Assembly: GCA_963749495.1 (NCBI GenBank)
Contig: CAVVMW010000012.1
Span: forward strand, 480,001-544,000
Reading direction: 5' to 3'
Source: an uncultured bacterium
GTDB taxonomy: Bacteria > Verrucomicrobiota > Verrucomicrobiia > Limisphaerales > UBA8199
DNA: 64,000 nt
This document shows positions 9,947 through 24,028 of this stretch, piece after piece. Made by a program: the position numbers and the translations under genes. The notes beneath the pieces are model-generated. The model ran no database searches. It saw only the letters and a program-made list of their open reading frames with translations, and was not told where the DNA came from. The number at the start of each line of letters is the position of its first letter. The first letter of the stretch is position 1.

Positions 9947-11396
9947 ATGAGAAAGGTCGCGCTGCTCTACGTTGCGGCGGTGTTCGTGCCGAGCCTGGTG
10001 CTGGCCTGGCTGGCGGTGCGCTCGTTGCGCGACCAGCAGTTCCTGCTGGAGCGGCAGCAGTCGCTGCTCTGCCAGGCGGTGGCCGACACCAAGGCCCAGG
10101 AGATCCAGGATGCCCTGGCCGATGCCCAGCGCGCCTTCCGGCTCAGCGTCAATGGGCTGCTGGGCAAACGCGACCCGGTGGACGCCGCCCGCACGTTCGA
10201 CGAGCGCCGCCGCCCAGGCGGAGTTCCGCCAGCTCATGGGCAACGACACCGAAGGCGCGCTGGCCCGCTTCGTGGACAACAAGCTCAATCTCCTGTTTTG
10301 GTGCCGCTCCTCGCAGGACGCGCCGGTCGTTTTCGGCGCCCAGCTCTCCTTGTCCGGGTTGGTCGGGGGCCTGCGGACGTTGGTCCAGCAGGTCGGGCCT
10401 TCCCTGCAAAAGGAGATCTGCGTGGCGCTGCTCGATGATACCGCCCGGCCGCTGGTCCTCTCCCGCCCCGGTTTCCAGGCCGCCTGGAAACGGCCTTTCG
10501 CCGCCACGGAAATCGGGGAGATGCTCCCGCACTGGGAAGTGGCGGTTTACCTGGCCGACCCGGCCAAGCTCACCCGCTCGGCGCAGATGCTCAAGCTGAC
10601 GCTGGGGTTGGTCATCGCGGTCCTGGTGCTGGCCATCGGGATCGGGAGCTGGCTCATCGTGGCGGACCTCAATCGCCAACTGACCCTCGCCCGGCAAAAA
10701 ACCGATTTCGTGAGCAACGTCTCGCACGAACTCAAGACGCCGCTCACCTCGATTCGCATGTTCTCCGAGCTGCTGGCCGAAGGGCGTGTGGCCGACCCGG
10801 CAAAACAACATTCCTACCTGGACATCATCACAGCGGAGACCGCCCGCCTGACGCGGCTAATCAATAATGTGCTCGACTTCGCCCGCATCGAGCGCGGCGA
10901 GAAAAAATACAAGTTCCAGAAATGCAACCTGGCCAGTGTGGCAGGCGAAACCGCCGCCGCCTACCGGCCCCACCTCGAGGCCGCCGGCTTCCGGTTCGAG
11001 TGCGACCTGCCCCAGGACCCCATCCAGGTCAATGGCGACCCCGATGCCCTGGCCCAGGTGCTCGTCAACCTCCTATCAAACGCAGAGAAATGCTCGGACC
11101 ATTCCAAGGAGATCACCCTGCGCGCGCGCCCTCAAACCAGTCCCCTGCGCTTTGTCGAGGTGCAGGTGCTGGATCGCGGCCTGGGCGTGCCCAAAGGGTG
11201 CGAGCAGAAAATCTTCGAGCAGTTTTATCGCGCCCATGACTCACTGGGCAGCGGCATCCAGGGCTCGGGCCTGGGCTTGACCCTCGCCCGCCAAATCGCC
11301 CGCGCCCACGGCGGCGAGGTCGTCTATGAGCCGCGCCCCGGCGGCGGCAGTTGCTTCAGCCTGCGCCTGCCGGTCGCGGCAGGAGCCAGCGCGTGA
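9947..11396 (+). pseudogene. Sensor histidine kinase, frame broken near 10210
   Basis: N-terminal TM in one frame; SNVSHELKTPLTSIR, NLLSNAEK, DRGLG, GSGLGL in another frame. Confidence 0.8.
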
Positions 11397-11407
11397 ACCT
11401 GGAAGAA

Positions 11408-12113
11408 ATGAAAACCAAAATCCTCATCGTGGAAGACGACCCGCACATCCTGCTGGGCCTGGAAGAAGTGCTCAAGAGCGACGGTTTCGAGGTTGCCGTG
11501 TGCAACCGCGGCGACCAGGCGATGGAGGCCTGCGCCAGGCACCGCCCCGGGTTGGTCGTGCTCGACATCATGCTGCCCGGGATGAGCGGCTACGACATTT
11601 GCAAGCAGCTTCGCTCCAGGAAGCTCGCCACCCCCATCCTCATGCTCACGGCCAAGGGCCAGGAATTGGACAAGGTCGTGGGCCTGGAGCTTGGGGCCGA
11701 CGATTACGTGACCAAGCCGGTTCGGGGTGCGAGAGTTGCTGGCGCGCATCCACGCCCTGCTCCGGCGCGCCAGTCCCGCCCCCCCGCCACAGGCCGCCTC
11801 AGCCCAGCCATTCCAGATCGGCCCCGCCACCATCGACCCCAGGACCTTCCAGTTGACCCGCGGCAAGACTGTCGAGGATTTGACCGCCAGGGAGCTCAAA
11901 CTCCTGCAGTGCTTCCATGCTCACCCCGGCGAGGTCCTCTCCCGCGACCGCTTGCTCAGCGAGGTGTGGGGCTACAACTACTACGGCACCACCCGCACCC
12001 TCGACCAGGTCATCGTCCAACTCCGCAAGAAACTCGGTGACAATGCCGACGACCCCAAGTACCTGCTCACGGTACACAGCGTGGGCTACAAGCTGGGCAG
12101 CGCGACGCCGTGA
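11408..12113 (+). CDS. OmpR-family response regulator (+1 frameshift near 11718, possibly a sequencing error)
   Basis: KILIVEDD, LDIMLP, GADDYVTKP; wHTH (LTARELKLL, TRTLDQVIVQLRKK) in shifted frame; AAGCCGGTTC vs expected AAGCCGTTC. Confidence 0.85.
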
Positions 12114-12168
12114 ACCCGAGAGATTCCCGGCTTGCAAGGCAATCGCAGGCAGTGTTTATTGCAGACGG

Positions 12169-12772
12169 ATGAGCACTGAGTTGATGGCTGAGCCAGTGGA
12201 GAAGGCGCCGGGAGCATCGGCGGCGAAGGCCCCGCGCACCTACACGTATGCCGAGCTGTGCGCGGAATTTCCGGAGAGCAATCAGCCGAGCGAGCTTTGG
12301 GACGGAACCCTCGTTATGTCACCCTCACCCACTTTTTTTCACCAAGAGGTTGCGCTGCGGTTTTATCGACAACTGCACGACTGGGTTGCCGGCCTGCGGC
12401 TGGGCAAAGTCATCGCGGCGCCCATCAATATGGTCCTCTCAGAGCATCGGGTTACCCAGCCGGATGTCGCGTTTATTGCCCAGGAACGGCTCGGCATCAT
12501 CCAGCGGGTCATTATCGGCCCCGCCGATCTGGTTGCTGAGGTGGCCTCTCTGGGTGGCCGCAACCGCGACCGTATCGAGAAGCGCGACCTGTATGAGCAA
12601 TACGGCGTCAACGAGTACCTGGATCATCGACCCGGAGGCGCGCACAGTCGAGGTGTTGCACCTGGAGGCTGGGCGCTACGAATTAGTCGTGCGTTCCTCT
12701 GGCGAGGCGGCTGCCGAGTCCCGGCTGTTAGCGGGCTTCCGAATTGGCGTGGCCCAGCTTTTCAGTGGTTAG
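12169..12772 (+). CDS. Uma2-family endonuclease (+1 frameshift near 12618)
   Basis: ELWDGTLVMSPSP..HQ, QPDVAFI, ADLVAEV.S, KRDLYEQYGVNEY/WIIDPEARTVEV. Confidence 0.85.
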
Positions 12773-12847
12773 CGGCGTCGCCCTCCAGCGATGAATGGCC
12801 TCCAACGATTTGTTGCGCGAGAGGGGTTTGGGGGCTATTTTGAGGCC

Positions 12848-13057
12848 ATGGATTGGCAGCAGTTGGTGTCGTTGTTCATCGTTGCCGCCGTCGGCGTTTT
12901 GCTGGTGTGGGGCAAGTTCCGGCGCCGGCGATTGGGTTTGCACCGGCAGACGCACTGCGGCTGCGCAGTGGCCGGGCTGGGGGCAGCCTCGCAAGGGTCG
13001 ATCCTCTTTCGGGCTCGCAAGGGGCAGCGCCCGGAAGTGGTTGTGATCCTCAAGTAG
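12848..13057 (+). CDS. Small membrane protein with CGC motif
   Basis: MDWQQLVSLFIVAAVGVLLVW TM followed by HCGC. Confidence 0.55.
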   Translation: MDWQQLVSLFIVAAVGVLLVWGKFRRRRLGLHRQTHCGCAVAGLGAASQGSILFRARKGQRPEVVVILK

Positions 13058-13104
13058 AAAAGCTTGCACTCGCGTCGGGCTCAGGATAGATTTGGTTTTC
13101 GCTA

Positions 13105-13533
13105 ATGGCCATGTGCAAAGTCAGTTCCTCGGTGCATTTCGTGACCCGGTCCGCCCTGAGCGGGCGGGAAGGTTCGGCGCGGGCGCAGTGGGTGCCCAAT
13201 ACCGATGTGTATGTGACGGACGGCGGGCTGGTGGTGAAGGTGGAATTGTCCGGGATGCGCAGCGAGTGCCTGGAGATCACGGTCGAGGGCAAGCGGCTGC
13301 GCATCAGCGGCAACCGCCCGGACGGCTGCCGGGCTGCGAAGTGCAATTTCCTGGTCATGGAGATCAACTACGGCCCCTTTGAGAGCGAGCTGGAAGTGCC
13401 GACGGGCTACGATTTGGCGCACGCCAAGGCGGTTTATCTGAATGGCTTTTTGCGGATCGATGTGCCGCTGGCGCCGCAGCCGTCCAAGGGCACGAAAGTG
13501 CCGATAGCGGAGGGAAACGCCTCGATTATCTGA
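13105..13533 (+). CDS. Hsp20/alpha-crystallin family protein
   Basis: WVPNTDVY, VKVELSGM, MEINYGPFE, AKAVYLNGFLRIDVP. Confidence 0.9.
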   Translation: MAMCKVSSSVHFVTRSALSGREGSARAQWVPNTDVYVTDGGLVVKVELSGMRSECLEITVEGKRLRISGNRPDGCRAAKCNFLVMEINYGPFESELEVPTGYDLAHAKAVYLNGFLRIDVPLAPQPSKGTKVPIAEGNASII

Positions 13534-13577
13534 ATGCTCTCTGCCGGGCGGGTATCTAATGGCTGGAAGGCGCGATT

Positions 13578-15974
<2,397 letters not shown>

Positions 15975-15994
15975 GCACCCTGGGTCGCCGCACA

Positions 15995-16050
15995 GGAGCG
16001 CGGACGCCTCGTCCGCGCGTTCCTAATTGCGGAGCAGACGCGGATGAGGA
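15995..16050. repeat. GGAG-type REP palindrome (intergenic copy)
   Basis: GGAGCGCGGACGCCTCGTCCGCGCG; same family at 19522-19595. Confidence 0.65.
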
Positions 16051-16095
16051 GGCCGCCCTGAAGGACTTCAAGAACGGCAAATTGAAAATTGAAGA

Positions 16096-16963
16096 TTGAA
16101 GATTGAAGATTTCAAATTGAAGACTGGAAATCCCGACGCAGATTGCCGTCGGAAGCCTGTCCGCCCTGCATCGCTCCATCCAATTTGCAATTTGCAATTC
16201 GTCTTCATCTTCCTCCTGCTCTCCCCTCTTCTGGCTTGGGGCCAGCGCCGCGACGAAATGCACGAGCCCCCGCTCACCCCGCAACAGCAGGTGAAGGCGG
16301 GGCGCGATTTGGTCGCCGAGTTGCTGGCGCAGAGACCCGAGGCCAACGCCACCAACACCGGGGTGATGACCATCCGCCTTGCCAACGACCAGGAGCGCAG
16401 GGTGCCCATCCGGTTCGAGCTCTCCTCCACCTCAACCAACGTGGTGAGCGTCTATCAGGCCCTCCCGGCCGAGGGCGCTCCCGGAGAGGTGCTGACGGTG
16501 GTCCATGCCGGGGAGTCGCCCAACCAATACTACCTGGTCCAGCCCGCCGCGCCCGGCGCCACAAACGCCGCCCCCGTTCGATTGGCCGGCGATCAAACCA
16601 TGGTCCCGTTCGCCGGCTCGGATTTTTGGGTGGCCGATCTTGGCCTGGAATTCCTCTATTGGCCCAGGCAGCGTGTGCTGCGGCGCGAATTGCGCCACAG
16701 CCAGCCCTGCTCGGTCCTCGAAAGCGTCAACCCGCGCCCCGCCCCCCACGGCTGCTCCCGAGTCGTCTCGTGGGTGGATACCGACAACGGCGGCATTCTC
16801 CATGCCGATGCCTACGATGCCCGAGGCAAGGTCCTCAAACATTTCGATCCCACCGGCCTCAAGAAAGTCAACGGCCGGCGCCAGGCTCGAAGAGATGGAG
16901 ATGCGCAACGTCCAGACCGGCTCCCACACCTGGATCAAATTCGACTTGCCCGTGGAGCGGTGA
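16096..16963 (+). CDS. Outer-membrane lipoprotein-sorting (LolA-like) protein; +1 frameshift near 16885, start uncertain
   Basis: Signal-like hydrophobic stretch; PFAGSDFWVADL; SRVVSWVD; YDARGKVLKHF; tail LEEMEMRNVQTGSHTWIKFD in shifted frame. Confidence 0.7.
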
Positions 16964-16971
16964 CCTCGGCC

Positions 16972-17415
16972 TTACTCGCTCACCTTCACCACGTAATAAA
17001 GGAAGAGCCCCTTCACGTCCTTGAACCAGTGGGGGACGCCCTTGGGAATAACGATGACGTTGCCTTTGGCCAGGTGCCGCTCGTTGCCTCCCGTGATGGC
17101 CCTGGCGCGCGTTTCGCCCGGCCCGCTCGCCTTGGCCTCGACCGCCTTGCCGCCCGTGACAAAGGTTGCGGAGTCCTCGAGGATATAGAAGATGTCCGTG
17201 TCATGGTCGTGGATTTCCACCTCGCCCGGAGCGGTGCGCCGGCCGGCCATGACTTTGAAGTTGTTCGTGGCCAGCATTGTCGCCCCTTTGGCAAAGGCGG
17301 CGGCCACCTGGTCGTGGCTCAGATGAAGCACCGCGGGCCCTTGGGCCTCATCGCCCGCGATCGCGGCCATCAACGCACCCGTGGCAGAAAGCGCCAGCAC
17401 AGTTTTAGAGTTCAT
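16972..17415 (-). CDS. Secreted cupin-domain protein
   Basis: Signal peptide; EIHDHDTDIFYI; VIVIPKGVPHWF. Confidence 0.85.
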   Translation of the reverse strand: MNSKTVLALSATGALMAAIAGDEAQGPAVLHLSHDQVAAAFAKGATMLATNNFKVMAGRRTAPGEVEIHDHDTDIFYILEDSATFVTGGKAVEAKASGPGETRARAITGGNERHLAKGNVIVIPKGVPHWFKDVKGLFLYYVVKVSE

Positions 17416-17832
17416 GGTGGGGTTCTAACCCGCCGGGCGAGCAAGGGAAAGCAGTTTTTGGCGGAGGACAGAACCATTCGATCCAGGCAAGACAGGCAAA
17501 ATCATTGTTGGCAGAATCATTGTCAGGTCACTGGATGTCGGCAACGCGCCCCGGCCTCACCTCCAGTGTCCAAGCCCGGGCCTTGACGAATTGGCACCTG
17601 ATTTTCAGAGGTTGCGATTTGCCCAGCCCTGCCGGCCATTGGCCGCTTTGCGGGGCGAGGCCACTTGCTGCCGCCTCGGCGCAGAGGCCAAGGAGCTGTC
17701 CGTTGATGTTCAGAGGAGGGCCCTGTGCGCCTGCTCCATTGCGCGGCTCCGGTTCCAATATGTCCATAGGCTCCAGCACGCGCCCGCCATACTACGGCCT
17801 TGGCCGGCCCCGGGTATTGTCCTTTGGTCGTA

Positions 17833-18440
17833 CATTCGTCATTCCCCACACCGCAATCCAGGCCCAACATTCCCACCGGAACACTCCGCACTCCGCATTC
17901 GGTCCATTCGTCATTCGTCATTCGTCATTCGTCATTCCCCACACCGCCATCCAGACCCAACATCCCCACCGGAGCACTCCACACTCCGCACTCCGCACTC
18001 CGCATTCGGTCCATTCGTCATTCGTCATTCGTCATTCGTCATTCCCCACACCGCCATCCAGACCCAACATCCCCACCGGAACACTCCACACTCCGCACTC
18101 CGCACTCCGCATTCGGTCCATTCGTCATTCGTCATTCGTCATTCGTCATTCCCCACACCGCCATCCAGACCCAACATCCCCACCGGAGCACTCCACACTC
18201 CGCACTCCGCACTCCGCATTCGGTCCATTCGTCATTCGTCATTCGTCATTCGTCATTCCCCACACCGCCATCCAGACCCAACATCCCCACCGGAGCACTC
18301 CGCACTCCGCACTCCGCACTCCGCATTCGGTCCATTCGTCATTCGTCATTCGTCATTCGTCATTCCCCACACCGCAATCCAGGCCCAACATTCCCACCGG
18401 AGCACTCCACACTCCGCACTCCGCACTCCGCATTCGGTCC
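17833..18440. repeat. Tandem array of about 5.7 units (107-bp period) containing (CATTCGT)n and (CTCCGCA)n heptamer runs
   Basis: Units start at 17841, 17934, 18041, 18148, 18255, 18362; first unit lacks two heptamers. Confidence 0.95.
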
Positions 18441-21069
18441 CCTTCCCTCCCAGAAGCGGCGGACGGTTTCGGCGATCTGGCTCGTGTGGCGGACGCGCGC
18501 CGGGCGCCACCATTTCGGAAAGAGGCGGCGATAGCGCGGCTCTCCGAACCGCGTGTCGATCAGCAGGACCACGCCGCGGTCGGTCTCGGAACGAATGACG
18601 CGCCCGGTCGCCTGGAGGACGCGGTTCATCCCGGGAAACGTGTAGGCATACTCGAAGCCCGAGCCGGTCTTGGCCTGGAAGTAATCGCGGATGAGGTCGC
18701 GCTCCGCGCAGAGTTGCGGCAGTCCCACCCCGACAATGATGGCGCCGATGAGCCGTTCCCCGACCAGGTCGATGCCTTCGCCGAAGACGCCGCCCATCAC
18801 GGCAAATCCCACGAGCGTCTCGGTGTGCTCGGCCGCGAAGGCGGCCAGGAAGGCCTCGCGCTGGGCCTCGCTCATGCCGGGGCGCTGCGCCAGCAGTCGG
18901 ACCTCCGGGTGCAGGGCGCGGAATGCCTCCTGCACGGCCCCCAGGTAGTGGTAGGACGGGAAATAGGCCAGGTAGTTGCCCGCGCGCACCGCGGTCGCCG
19001 CCCGTAGCGCCTGGGCCACGTCCAGGAGCGTCTGGGCCCGGGCCTTGAACTGGGTGCGGATGCGGTCCTGGACCAGCACCGCCAGGTTTTGCTGCGGGAA
19101 CGGCGAGTCCAACTGCAGCGCCGGGTCGTCCGGCGCGCCCCCCAGCAACTGGCGGTAGTAGTCCAGCGGCGTGAGCGTGGCGGAAAAAAACACGGCCGCC
19201 TTTCCCCGCGCCAGGGCCTGCCGCAGCAGGGCCGAGGGATCCAGGCAGAACAACCGCGTGCGCGCATCGGCGCCCGGTTCGCAAATCGTCACAAAGTGCT
19301 CGTCATAAAGCGAGGCTGTCCGTTGGAACGAGTGCAGGCGAAAATAGAGTTCGAGCAGGGACTGGCGGAAATCCGCCGGCTGGTTGCCAGCCAGCCAGGC
19401 CTCGGCTTGCGCGAGCGCCGTCTCCACCAGCGGCAGCAGGCCCTCGGGCAGCTCGCGGCTCACAAGGCCGGGTCTCGGTTCCCCGCCCGAAGCGGTGTCG
19501 ATGCGGGACCGGTTCGAGAAAGGAGCGCGGACGCCCTCGTCCGCGTGTCTGGGCCCCCTCTGGAAGAGACGCGCGGACGAGGGCGTCCGCGCTGCTGATC
19601 CTGCGTGTCTTGAATCGACCCCGGCGTCAACAGCCATGGCCGTGGCGGTGGCGGTGGCTGCCTGTTTGCCTTGGGGCGGTTCCGCGGTCCGGAACAGGCC
19701 CAACTCCGGGTCCGGCCCGTCCTCCTCCGCCGGTTCGGAGGGGAGGCAGGGCGCTTGGCCGAGCCTGCGGAGGGCGGCGCTTAGCCGGCTCAAAGCCCGG
19801 GCGCAACGAGGCAGCGCCTGCTGGATTGCCCGGCGCGTCTGCTGTATCTCCCGGGCGGTCAGGTCTGCTGAAAACATCTCCCGCCCGCGGTCCACCAGGT
19901 TGTGCGCCTCGTCCACCAGGAAGGCATAAGCGCCCCCTTGCTCGCCGAAATGGCGGCGCAAATAGACCTGGGGATCGAAGACGTAGTTGTAGTCACAGAT
20001 GACGGCATCGACCCACTCCGAAAGGTCCAGCGCGAGTTGGAAGGGACAGACCTGGTGCTGGAGGCTCACCTGCTCGAGGACCGGGCGGGTGATCTCGGCG
20101 CGCTCCAGCGCCGCGCGCATGGCCGGCTTGAGGCGGTCGTAGTAGCCTCGAGCAAACGGGCAGCAGGCCGGGTCGCACGGCTGGCCGTCCTGGGCGCAGA
20201 TCTTCTCCCGCGCCGTAATGGTGAGCGTGCGCAGGCGCGCCCCGGCCCGCCGCAGTTCGCCAAAGGCCTTCTCGGCCACCGCCCGCCCCACCGTGCGCGC
20301 GGTCAGATAGAAGATGCGTTCGACCTTGCCTTGGCCCAGTGCCTTGACTGCCGGGAAAAGCACCGCGATCGTCTTGCCGATCCCCGTCGGCGCCTCCAGA
20401 AACAATCGCCCGCCGCCCGCAACCGCCCGGTAAGCCGCCACAGCCGCCTTCCTCTGCCCGGGCCGGTAGAGGCCGAAAGGAAACCGGTGCGCCACAATGG
20501 ACTGGTCGCGCTGCCGGCACCAGTGCCGGCGCTCCCGCACCCATTCCAGGTAGATCGCCGTGGCGCCATCGAAAAATTCCGCCAGTTCGCCCTGTGTCCA
20601 TTGCCCCGCGAACTCGGTGGCGGCGCCGCTGGCCAAGTCCACGTACACCAACCGCACGCCAAGCTGCCCCAGGCCCCGGCTGCGCGCACACATGAACCCG
20701 TAGCACTTGGCCTGCGCCCAGTGCAGCGGGTCGGCTGCGCCGTCCCAATTCCCTTGCACCGTCTTGATCTCCTCCAGCAGCATCCCCTCCGGCGTGGACA
20801 GCAGGCCATCCAAGCGGCCCTGGACGCGCAGGATGAACTCCGCGTCCTCGACATCATAGGAAAGCCGCACCTCCCGCTGGTCAGCCGGCCGGGCGCGAAC
20901 GCTGCACCTGCTGATGGCCGCGAATGCCCGCCAACGCCCGGTTCGGACCCACAAAATCCCGCTCCCCGCCCAGGTCGCCCCGCCGCAGGGCAAACTCGAC
21001 CAACTCCCGCACCTGGACCGAGACCACAGGTTTTTCAGCCGCCGCCACAGCCCGAATTTCAGGCGCCAA
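18360..21069 (-). CDS. PD-(D/E)XK nuclease-DinG/Rad3 Fe-S helicase fusion (frameshift near 20881; in-frame REP insertion)
   Basis: VRELVEF, GRLDG..EEIKT, HWAQAKCY; APTGIGKT; Cys cluster; DEAHN; SATL; GEGID; QATGRVIR. Confidence 0.88.
19522..19595. repeat. GGAG-type REP doublet inside the helicase CDS
   Basis: GGAGCGCGGACGCCCTCGTCCGCG / CGCGGACGAGGGCGTCCGCGCTGC inverted pair; frame preserved. Confidence 0.8.
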
Positions 21070-21318
21070 ACCATCCCAGGCAACTTAAATCGCGGCGCCC
21101 CAGGGCCGAAGGCCCGCCATGTGATAGCCGGGGCTGGAGCGGAGCGGAGGCCCGGGCACGCCTGGCCCGATTACCTGGGCCTCCGCTCGCATGCGCGCTT
21201 TCTGCCCGGGGACGGGCGCACTCCAGGGGGCAGTACCGGGATGGGCGCTTTTGGGGCGCATCTGAGATGTACCACAACACGGATAGGAGTTCCTGACATG
21301 GCTCCGGGCCACCAGTTT

Positions 21319-21543
21319 CATCCCGGAGGGATGGAAGATGGTAGCCGGGGGTCGAAGCGAAGCAAGACCCCCGGTTCGGCGCAGGGCTGCGCCGGCATCC
21401 CGGAGGGATGCCAGAAAGGGGCGCACCGGATGCCTCGCCGTCTTCTGGCACCCCGTTCCGGGGTGCATGACCCTCCAGACCATTAACCGGGGGTCGCGAC
21501 GGCGTCGCGACCCCCGGCTACCATCTGGCAACCCTCCGGGTTG
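21319..21543. repeat. GTAG-type REP doublet with ATCCCGGAGGGAT mini-palindromes
   Basis: GGTAGCCGGGGGTCG...ACCCCCGG and CCGGGGGTCGCG...CGACCCCCGGCTACC inverted. Confidence 0.75.
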
Positions 21544-21766
21544 GGGCGGATGCGCGCTGCCTTTGGTTGCGTCTGCAGCGCCCGTGCCTGTGGTGGTACA
21601 GGCCAGATGCGCCCGGCGCTATTGTCCGCCCACCAGCGATTCCGTAAGGTGCGTGGGTTTTTATTTGCAATTTCCCTGACCCCAGGCAGTTAGGGCATTT
21701 TCGGGAATAGAGGCGTTTTCTTTTTCGCTTGCTTTGCCCGCCCGCTTTGGTATCCTACATCTATAT

Positions 21767-22138
21767 ATGAGTAGGATACAGATGCTCCAGCACACCTCGA
21801 CCCTGGCTCTGCGCCAGCGAAAGGCCCATCTCCTGCGCTCCTTCCAACTGCCCCCGGGCGTCCTGCACGCCTCCTTGATCGAGCGATTCCTCAAGTGTGG
21901 CAAAGCCAGTTGCCGCTGCCACAGTGGCGGTCCCAGGCACGGGCCGTTCTTCTACCTCAACCGCTGCTTCGCCAAAGGCCAGGTGCAGTCGCTCCTGCTC
22001 AAATCCCCGGACCAGCTCGACCAAGCACGTCAAGGCGTGGCTGCTTATGCCCAGGTGCAAGAGGTGCTCGACCAAATCAGTCAAATCAATCGCGAACTGC
22101 TCCGGCGTGGCGAACCGCTGGCTGCGGCACCCTTATGA
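21767..22138 (+). CDS. DUF6788-like IS accessory protein
   Basis: SLIERFLKCGKASCRCHSGGPRHGPFFYL motif; stop overlaps transposase ATG (ATGA). Confidence 0.75.
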   Translation: MSRIQMLQHTSTLALRQRKAHLLRSFQLPPGVLHASLIERFLKCGKASCRCHSGGPRHGPFFYLNRCFAKGQVQSLLLKSPDQLDQARQGVAAYAQVQEVLDQISQINRELLRRGEPLAAAPL

Positions 22139-23404
22139 ACGAACTGGCCCAGTTTTTGGGCTGCGTCATCAAGGTTTTCGCTCTGAACCGGGTGGTGCGC
22201 GGGGTGCGTGACTCTCGGCCCTACGCCAAGATTCCCACCCGGCCCTTGTTCCTGAGCCTGCTGCTGGGAGTCGTCATGCGCGCCGGCAGCTACCTGGACA
22301 TCTCCAAGCAAACCAAGCGCCGGCGCTGGCGACACCTCATCCATTGGAGCCAGCGCATCAGCGACGACGCCTTTCATTATGTGAGCGAGCGTTTCTACCT
22401 GGAGGACTTGCGCCAAGACCTGGCCGGGGTGAACAAGAACCTGAAGGCCAACAAGGCGCTGGAAAGCTGTAAAATCAACGGCCTGCTCCCCCTGAGTTTG
22501 GACGCCAACGAACACTTCCACAGTCGCAGTCGCTGTTGTCCGTGCTGCTGCCAAAGGGAGATTCAAGAGACCGACGACCAAGGCCAAAAACACACGGTGA
22601 TCGAATACTACCACCGGTATGTCTTTGCCCAGATCAACGGGCCCAAGTTCAACGTGCTGCTGGACGTGGAGCCTATCCGTCCCGGGGAAGAGGAAGCCCA
22701 GGCCGCCCTGCGCCTGCTGGGGCGGATCCGTCGGCTTTACGGTGTGCGCTTTTTCGACGTGGTGACCATTGACGGTTGGTATGTGCAAGGCCCCTTTTTG
22801 AAGGCGGTGGAGAAGCTGGGCTGGGCCTGGATCGTCGGTACTCAAACAGGAACGGATGGAAGTCCTGCAAGAGGCGCGCGCCCTGAGTGCCGGCCAAGAA
22901 CCCGCCCTGGAGTTTGACGACAAAACCCGTGGCCGACACGTCAGACTGTGGGAGGTCAAACACCTGGACTTCAGCAAGAGCTACGGCCGCAAAGTGCGGG
23001 TGGTCCATTCGCAGGAGACCTGGATCCAGCACAAAATGGTGGGCGGAAAAAAGACCTCTCAGCCCCAGACCAGCGACTGGTGGTGGATGGCATCGGAGGG
23101 CTTGGCTGGCTATCCGGTCAGGGTCGTCTATGAGGGCGGTCACCGGCGCTGGGGCATCGAGAACAAGGCTTTCAATGAACTGACGCAGTTCTACCACCTG
23201 GAGCATTGCTACCATCACGAACCGGTGGCGATGCTGGCGCAAATGCTGATTTTAATCCTGGGTTTCGTCCTCTTTAGCGCCTACGCGGTGCTCCACAGTC
23301 AACAGGTCCGGTTGGGCCAGGTGAGCCTCAAAGAGCTGGCGCATGACCTGGATCTGGCTTTGGAGGAGGACTTGCCCTGGGATTTGTGGTTTGCCTGCGG
23401 CTGA
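22135..23404 (+). CDS. DDE transposase (frameshift near 22838)
   Basis: LSLDANE, TIDGWY, RRWGIENKAFNEL; internal SRCCPCC; two ORFs joined by one extra G. Confidence 0.8.
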
Positions 23405-23805
23405 CGACCGCCTGGGTGAGCGATTTCGGGATGTTGCTCTTTGCAAACTGGCCGACGCAAAAAGGAGGACTCGGGGACCACGGGAGAGGTGTCGTCCCGC
23501 GAAGGCTCCGCCCAGCCGCCCCTCAATCACGACAGCGTTCGGCACCGACGAAAATCTGGCCCCCCGAAAGCAGAGCGGAGGCGCGGCCCACCTTGCGGAA
23601 TTGCTGCGACAAAGGGTTGAATTGCGCTGAGAACCGTCTTAACCTTCAATTGCATAGCTGGTCTGCCGCCCGGTGGCGGGCGTTGTTTTCACATCTCGCA
23701 GGCTACCGGAATCCAGGCAGATCAGCTATTGCTTTGTGGCCCCGGGCAGCTCTCCGAGCCAAGCACTCCTTCACCAGCAATTCCTTAGCGGCGTATCATG
23801 GCGGA

Positions 23806-23878
23806 GGGCGGGGCTGTCAAGGTGGAGCGCAGCAGGGCACGAGGGCACGTGGCGAGCAATACCTTGACAGCCCCGCCC
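23806..23878. repeat. 18-bp perfect inverted repeat containing TTGACA
   Basis: GGGCGGGGCTGTCAAGGT ... ACCTTGACAGCCCCGCCC. Confidence 0.8.
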
Positions 23879-24028
23879 GGAGCCATACCCTGGCCGCGCC
23901 GGAATTGCTTGAGGTCCTTCTCCCGGCCGTTAGGCCGCTCGATTCGTCGCGGAGCGTGCCGCGGGATGTTCCACGACCGCCCAACTGACCAACGTCAACC
24001 CTCCGAACTGAACACGTGTCCAGCTATT

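Larger units (their letters stand above)
21680..23660 (+). mobile_element. Two-gene insertion sequence (DUF6788 plus DDE transposase); ends approximate
   Basis: Coupled accessory and transposase genes; no convincing terminal IRs found by eye. Confidence 0.55.

Noticed and set aside
17833..18440. CRISPR array next to DinG (type IV-like)
   Set aside because: Units are near-identical throughout, with no unique spacers and no cas genes nearby.
17505..19007. Long His/Ser-rich ORFs over the tandem array
   Set aside because: Open in all three frames because the repeat lacks stops; 107-bp period is not codon-phased; antisense to the helicase.
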